Assembly: GCA_030819375.1 (NCBI GenBank)
Contig: GCA_030819375.1_4699.1
DNA length: 38,456 nucleotides
Direction: 5' to 3' (one strand)
From: a phage
The position numbers were made by a program, and so were the translations under genes. Positions within the stretch are counted from its first letter, which is position 1, and each line of letters starts with the position of its first letter. A model generated the notes under the pieces. It saw nothing but the letters and a program-made list of their open reading frames with translations, had not been told where the DNA came from and searched no databases. Shown here in pieces: positions 35,070 through 38,456 of the stretch.

Positions 35070-36028
35070 TGAGTTACACATTCACTGAACATACAGCGAA
35101 TGGCACTCAAACTACTTTCCCATTCCGGTTCGCTGGGAGGGACAAGGGGTACTTGAGGGCTTCTGATATTTTAGTTGAAGTAAGAAATGATGGTGTGTGG
35201 AACACGGTAAGTGGTTGGACACTTACAGGTACTAACCAGATAACCTTTAATGTACCGCCAGCGGCAAATACACAACTTCGTATCAGGCGCGTTGTAGAGA
35301 AAGAAGAGCCTTATGCAGAGTTTGACCGTGGTATAACCTTGGATATGAAATCTCTCAATAACTCCTTTATACATCTTTTGGAAGTATCTCAGGAGCTACT
35401 GGAGGGTTTCTATCCAGATGGTTACTTTGTAAAGCAAGATGTATCTTGGGGTGGACATAAGATTACTGATTTGGCTGATGGCACAAATCGGGGAGATGCA
35501 GTAAATAAAGGACAACTTGATGCCATCGACAAGAAGCATACAGATTGGAACGCCAAACAGGACATTGAGATTGCTGGCCTTAAAGTTGGTATGACTTCTG
35601 GTATTGCGCACAGAACTGTTCCTTGGTACACGATAGTCCAAGGTGGTGAGATTTCCGTAAAACCCCCTTATGAATTTCAAGATGCACTAGTTTTCCTTAA
35701 TGGGGTATTGCAGCACCAAATTGTAGGCGCATACTCTATAAGCAACAACACTATCACTTTCGCAGAGCCGCTTGTGGCTGGTACAGAGGTGTATGTGTTG
35801 GTAGGTAATCGTGTTGCTACATCTGAACCTAATATTCAGTTAGAGTTGAATTTTGACTTAGTAGAAGGCCAACAAGTAGTAAAGATTGGCTCTGCATTTA
35901 AGTATATTGAGGTTTATCTTGATGGACTATTACAACCTAAACTTACTTATCGGGTAGATGGTGACACTGTTACTTTCTCAGAGGGAGTGCCAGAATGCCG
36001 GATGACTGCTAAGATTATCACAGAATAA
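35066..36028 (+). CDS. Tail fiber N-terminal domain-like adaptor protein, 320 aa
   Basis: N-terminus TQTTFPFRFAGRDKGYLRASDILVEV resembles the T7 gp17 N-terminal tail-attachment domain; too short for a full fiber. Confidence 0.75.
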   Translation: MMSYTFTEHTANGTQTTFPFRFAGRDKGYLRASDILVEVRNDGVWNTVSGWTLTGTNQITFNVPPAANTQLRIRRVVEKEEPYAEFDRGITLDMKSLNNSFIHLLEVSQELLEGFYPDGYFVKQDVSWGGHKITDLADGTNRGDAVNKGQLDAIDKKHTDWNAKQDIEIAGLKVGMTSGIAHRTVPWYTIVQGGEISVKPPYEFQDALVFLNGVLQHQIVGAYSISNNTITFAEPLVAGTEVYVLVGNRVATSEPNIQLELNFDLVEGQQVVKIGSAFKYIEVYLDGLLQPKLTYRVDGDTVTFSEGVPECRMTAKIITE

Positions 36029-36037
36029 GGAGGTGGG

Positions 36038-36232
36038 ATGATTAACTCCGAACTGGTAGATAGTGGTGTGAAGCTTGCGCCACCTGCACTCGTATCAGGT
36101 GGGTACTTCCTCGGTATCAGTTGGGATAATTGGGTATTAATAGCAACATTCATTTATACCGTGTTGCAAATTGGGGACTGGTTTTATAATAAGTTCAAGA
36201 TTTGGAGGGAGAAGCGTGAGCGTACACAATAA
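36038..36232 (+). CDS. Holin (class II-like), 64 aa
   Basis: Hydrophobic TM segments plus charged C-terminus (KFKIWREKRERTQ); AAGGAGG RBS; position before terminase as in T7 gene 17.5. Confidence 0.7.
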   Translation: MINSELVDSGVKLAPPALVSGGYFLGISWDNWVLIATFIYTVLQIGDWFYNKFKIWREKRERTQ

Positions 36233-36515
36233 ACATGCAGCTACAGAGGATGAGGTTGGCATTCTGCATGGTGCTATTACCAAAATCTTCAATAAGAAAG
36301 CACAGGCAATACTGGACACTATAGAAGAAGACCCTGATGCAGCATTACATTTAGTGTCTGGTAAGGTTATTGGTGCGATGTGTAAGTGGGTTCTTGATAA
36401 CGGCATTACCGCCACACCTGCTGCACAGCAGGAAGAGTCCAAGTTATCTAAGCGCCTCAAGGCTATCCGAGAGGCATCCAGTGGTAAGATAATTCAATTC
36501 ACTAAGGAGGGTTGA
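36216..36515 (+). CDS. Terminase small subunit (gp18-like), GTG start
   Basis: GGAGGG 6 nt upstream of GTG 36216 (track start 36171 is TTG without RBS); directly upstream of and overlapping the large terminase. Confidence 0.6.
   Translation: MSVHNKHAATEDEVGILHGAITKIFNKKAQAILDTIEEDPDAALHLVSGKVIGAMCKWVLDNGITATPAAQQEESKLSKRLKAIREASSGKIIQFTKEG
36307..36327 (+). promoter_or_regulatory. Promoter-like sequence inside the small terminase gene
   Basis: ACTGGACACTATAGAAGAAG matches the core but lacks the upstream ATTTA; +1 G at 36324. Confidence 0.45.
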
Positions 36516-38410
36516 TGGCTAAGGCAAGAGAATCACAAGCAGAGGCTCTTGCCAGATGGGAGATGCTACAGGAGTTACAGCAGACCTTTCCGTACACATC
36601 GGAAGGTTTACTTCTCTTTGCAGACACAGTTATTCATAACTTGATTGCAGGCAACCCTCACCTGATTCGTATGCAGGCTGATATCTTGAAGTTCCTATTC
36701 TACGGACACAAGTACCGCCTCATCGAAGCGCCTCGTGGTATCGCTAAGACAACACTATCAGCAATCTATACGGTATTCCGTATTATTCATGAACCGCATA
36801 AGCGTATCATGGTTGTGTCCCAAAACGCCAAGCGAGCAGAGGAAATCGCAGGTTGGGTAGTTAAAATCTTCCGTGGCTTAGACTTTCTTGAGTTTATGCT
36901 GCCGGATATCTACGCTGGGGACCGTGCATCCGTTAAGGCGTTTGAGATTCATTACACCCTACGTGGTAGTGATAAGTCTCCTTCTGTATCCTGTTACTCA
37001 ATCGAAGCAGGTATGCAGGGTGCTCGTGCTGATATTATTCTAGCGGATGACGTAGAGTCGATGCAGAATGCTCGTACGGCAGCTGGCCGTGCCTTGCTTG
37101 AGGAACTGACCAAGGAGTTTGAATCTATCAACCAGTTTGGGGATATCATTTACCTTGGTACACCTCAGAACGTAAACTCTATCTACAACAACCTACCTGC
37201 TCGTGGTTACTCTGTTCGTATCTGGACTGCGCGTTACCCTTCAGTAGAGCAAGAGCAATGTTATGGCGACTTCCTTGCACCTATGATTGTGCAGGATATG
37301 AAGGACAACCCAGCATTGCGAACAGGTTATGGTTTGGATGGCGACAGTGGCGCTCCTTGTGCACCTGAAATGTATGATGATGATGTCCTGATTGAGAAGG
37401 AAATATCACAAGGTGCTGCTAAGTTCCAGCTTCAGTTTATGCTTAACACTCGCATGATGGATGCTGACAGATACCCATTACGCCTAAACAATCTAATCTT
37501 CACCTCATTTGGTACAGAGGAAGTCCCTGTGATGCCTACGTGGAGTAATGATTCCATTAACATCATTGGGGATGCACCTAAGTATGGCAACAAGCCTACA
37601 GACTTCATGTTTAGGCCTGTGGCCCGACCATATGAATGGGGTTCTGTCACCCGTAAAATTATGTATATTGACCCTGCGGGTGGTGGTAAGAACGGAGATG
37701 AGACTGGCGTAGCCATCGTATTCCTGCACGGCACATTCATTTATGTGTATCAGTGCTTTGGTGTACCTGGCGGATACCGAGAATCTTCCCTGAATCGCAT
37801 TGTGCAGGCCGCAAAGCAGGCAGGGGTTAAAGAGGTATTCATTGAGAAAAACTTTGGTCATGGCGCGTTTGAGGCCGTTATAAAGCCATACTTTGAACGA
37901 GAATGGCCTGTGACTATTGAAGAGGATTATGCCACTGGTCAGAAAGAACTCCGTATTATTGAGACACTGGAGCCGCTGATGACCGCGCATAGACTCATCT
38001 TCAATGCTGAGATGGTTAAGTCGGACTTCGCTTCAGTACAGAATTACCCTCTGGAATTGCGGATGTCTTATAGTTTGTTCCACCAAATGTCGAACATCAC
38101 TATTGAGAAGAACAGCCTCCGGCATGATGACCGCTTAGACGCCCTGTATGGCGCTGTGCGTCAATTAACTTCTCAGATAGACTATGACGAGGTTACTCGT
38201 ATTAATCGCCTCAGAGCGCAGGAGATGCGCGATTATATACAGGCTATGAATACACCTAAACTTCGTCGGGCTATGCTGTACGGAGATTATGGTGATGAGC
38301 GAAGAACAACCAACACATCCTTAGCAATGCAGCAGAGGGTTTACGGACAGAATTGGAGGAACCGCTCTGGGTCTAGAAATACACTTTCCTCAAGGATTTC
38401 AAGGATTTAG
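36512..38410 (+). CDS. Terminase large subunit (gp19-like), 632 aa
   Basis: ATPase N-terminal domain plus nuclease C-terminal domain by size and position; AAGGAGGG RBS. Confidence 0.95.
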   Translation: MMAKARESQAEALARWEMLQELQQTFPYTSEGLLLFADTVIHNLIAGNPHLIRMQADILKFLFYGHKYRLIEAPRGIAKTTLSAIYTVFRIIHEPHKRIMVVSQNAKRAEEIAGWVVKIFRGLDFLEFMLPDIYAGDRASVKAFEIHYTLRGSDKSPSVSCYSIEAGMQGARADIILADDVESMQNARTAAGRALLEELTKEFESINQFGDIIYLGTPQNVNSIYNNLPARGYSVRIWTARYPSVEQEQCYGDFLAPMIVQDMKDNPALRTGYGLDGDSGAPCAPEMYDDDVLIEKEISQGAAKFQLQFMLNTRMMDADRYPLRLNNLIFTSFGTEEVPVMPTWSNDSINIIGDAPKYGNKPTDFMFRPVARPYEWGSVTRKIMYIDPAGGGKNGDETGVAIVFLHGTFIYVYQCFGVPGGYRESSLNRIVQAAKQAGVKEVFIEKNFGHGAFEAVIKPYFEREWPVTIEEDYATGQKELRIIETLEPLMTAHRLIFNAEMVKSDFASVQNYPLELRMSYSLFHQMSNITIEKNSLRHDDRLDALYGAVRQLTSQIDYDEVTRINRLRAQEMRDYIQAMNTPKLRRAMLYGDYGDERRTTNTSLAMQQRVYGQNWRNRSGSRNTLSSRISRI

Positions 38411-38411
38411 T

Positions 38412-38434
38412 ATTTACTGGACACTATAGGAGGA
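38412..38434 (+). promoter_or_regulatory. Phage-RNAP promoter at the window end
   Basis: ATTTACTGGACACTATAGGAGG; +1 G at 38429; followed by an RBS-like AGGAAG as the window ends. Confidence 0.85.
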
Positions 38435-38456
38435 AGACCAAGAGAATAAAAGGAAT

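Noticed and set aside
8221-36327. All three coding-embedded promoter copies are read in the same frame (GAC ACT ATA GAA = D-T-I-E)
   Set aside because: One of the three frames through the core contains TAG, so only two frames are available; three sites sharing a frame has roughly a 25% chance by itself.
3403-38410. Remaining short minus-strand ORFs in the track (60-160 aa) across the window
   Set aside because: Every one is antisense to a confidently assigned + strand gene and lacks expression signals; typical frame-shadow ORFs.
1-38456. tRNA genes, CRISPR arrays, integrase or transposase genes
   Set aside because: No cloverleaf-like sequences, no regularly spaced direct repeats with unique spacers, and no recombinase motifs seen; content is consistent with a strictly lytic phage genome.

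Overview
The window reads as most of the genome of a T7-supergroup podophage (Autographiviridae-like), with every credible gene on the + strand. Gene order is: left-end short repeats and a candidate host promoter; early genes including a clear Ocr (T7 gp0.3) DNA-mimic homolog; single-subunit RNA polymerase; primase/helicase; an HNH homing endonuclease; family-A DNA polymerase; an SSB-like protein; 5'-3' exonuclease; endonuclease VII-type resolvase; a metallophosphoesterase; ATP-dependent DNA ligase; a GNAT acetyltransferase; then portal, scaffold, major capsid, tail tubular proteins A and B, three internal virion proteins (the 980-aa one carrying a lysozyme-like domain), a tail-fiber N-terminal adaptor-like protein, holin, small and large terminase. 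About 13 copies of a phage promoter with consensus ATTTACTGGACACTATAGAAG were found; this is closest to the SP6 RNAP promoter (ATTTAGGTGACACTATAGAAG), so the phage looks SP6-like in transcription and late-gene layout while carrying a T7-type Ocr. The window ends on a promoter that presumably drives a tailspike module beyond 38456. Most of the content is canonical. The best candidates for something undescribed are a recurring GTCTCAC(A/G)TGTGAGAC hairpin family, the uncharacterised early proteins (653-2743), a promoter-gene-terminator cassette for a 123-aa acidic protein, and a decayed HNH endonuclease next to an intact paralog. All protein assignments come from motif recognition by eye; no database search was run. 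Coordinates for several starts differ from the ORF track where an RBS supports a different initiation codon.
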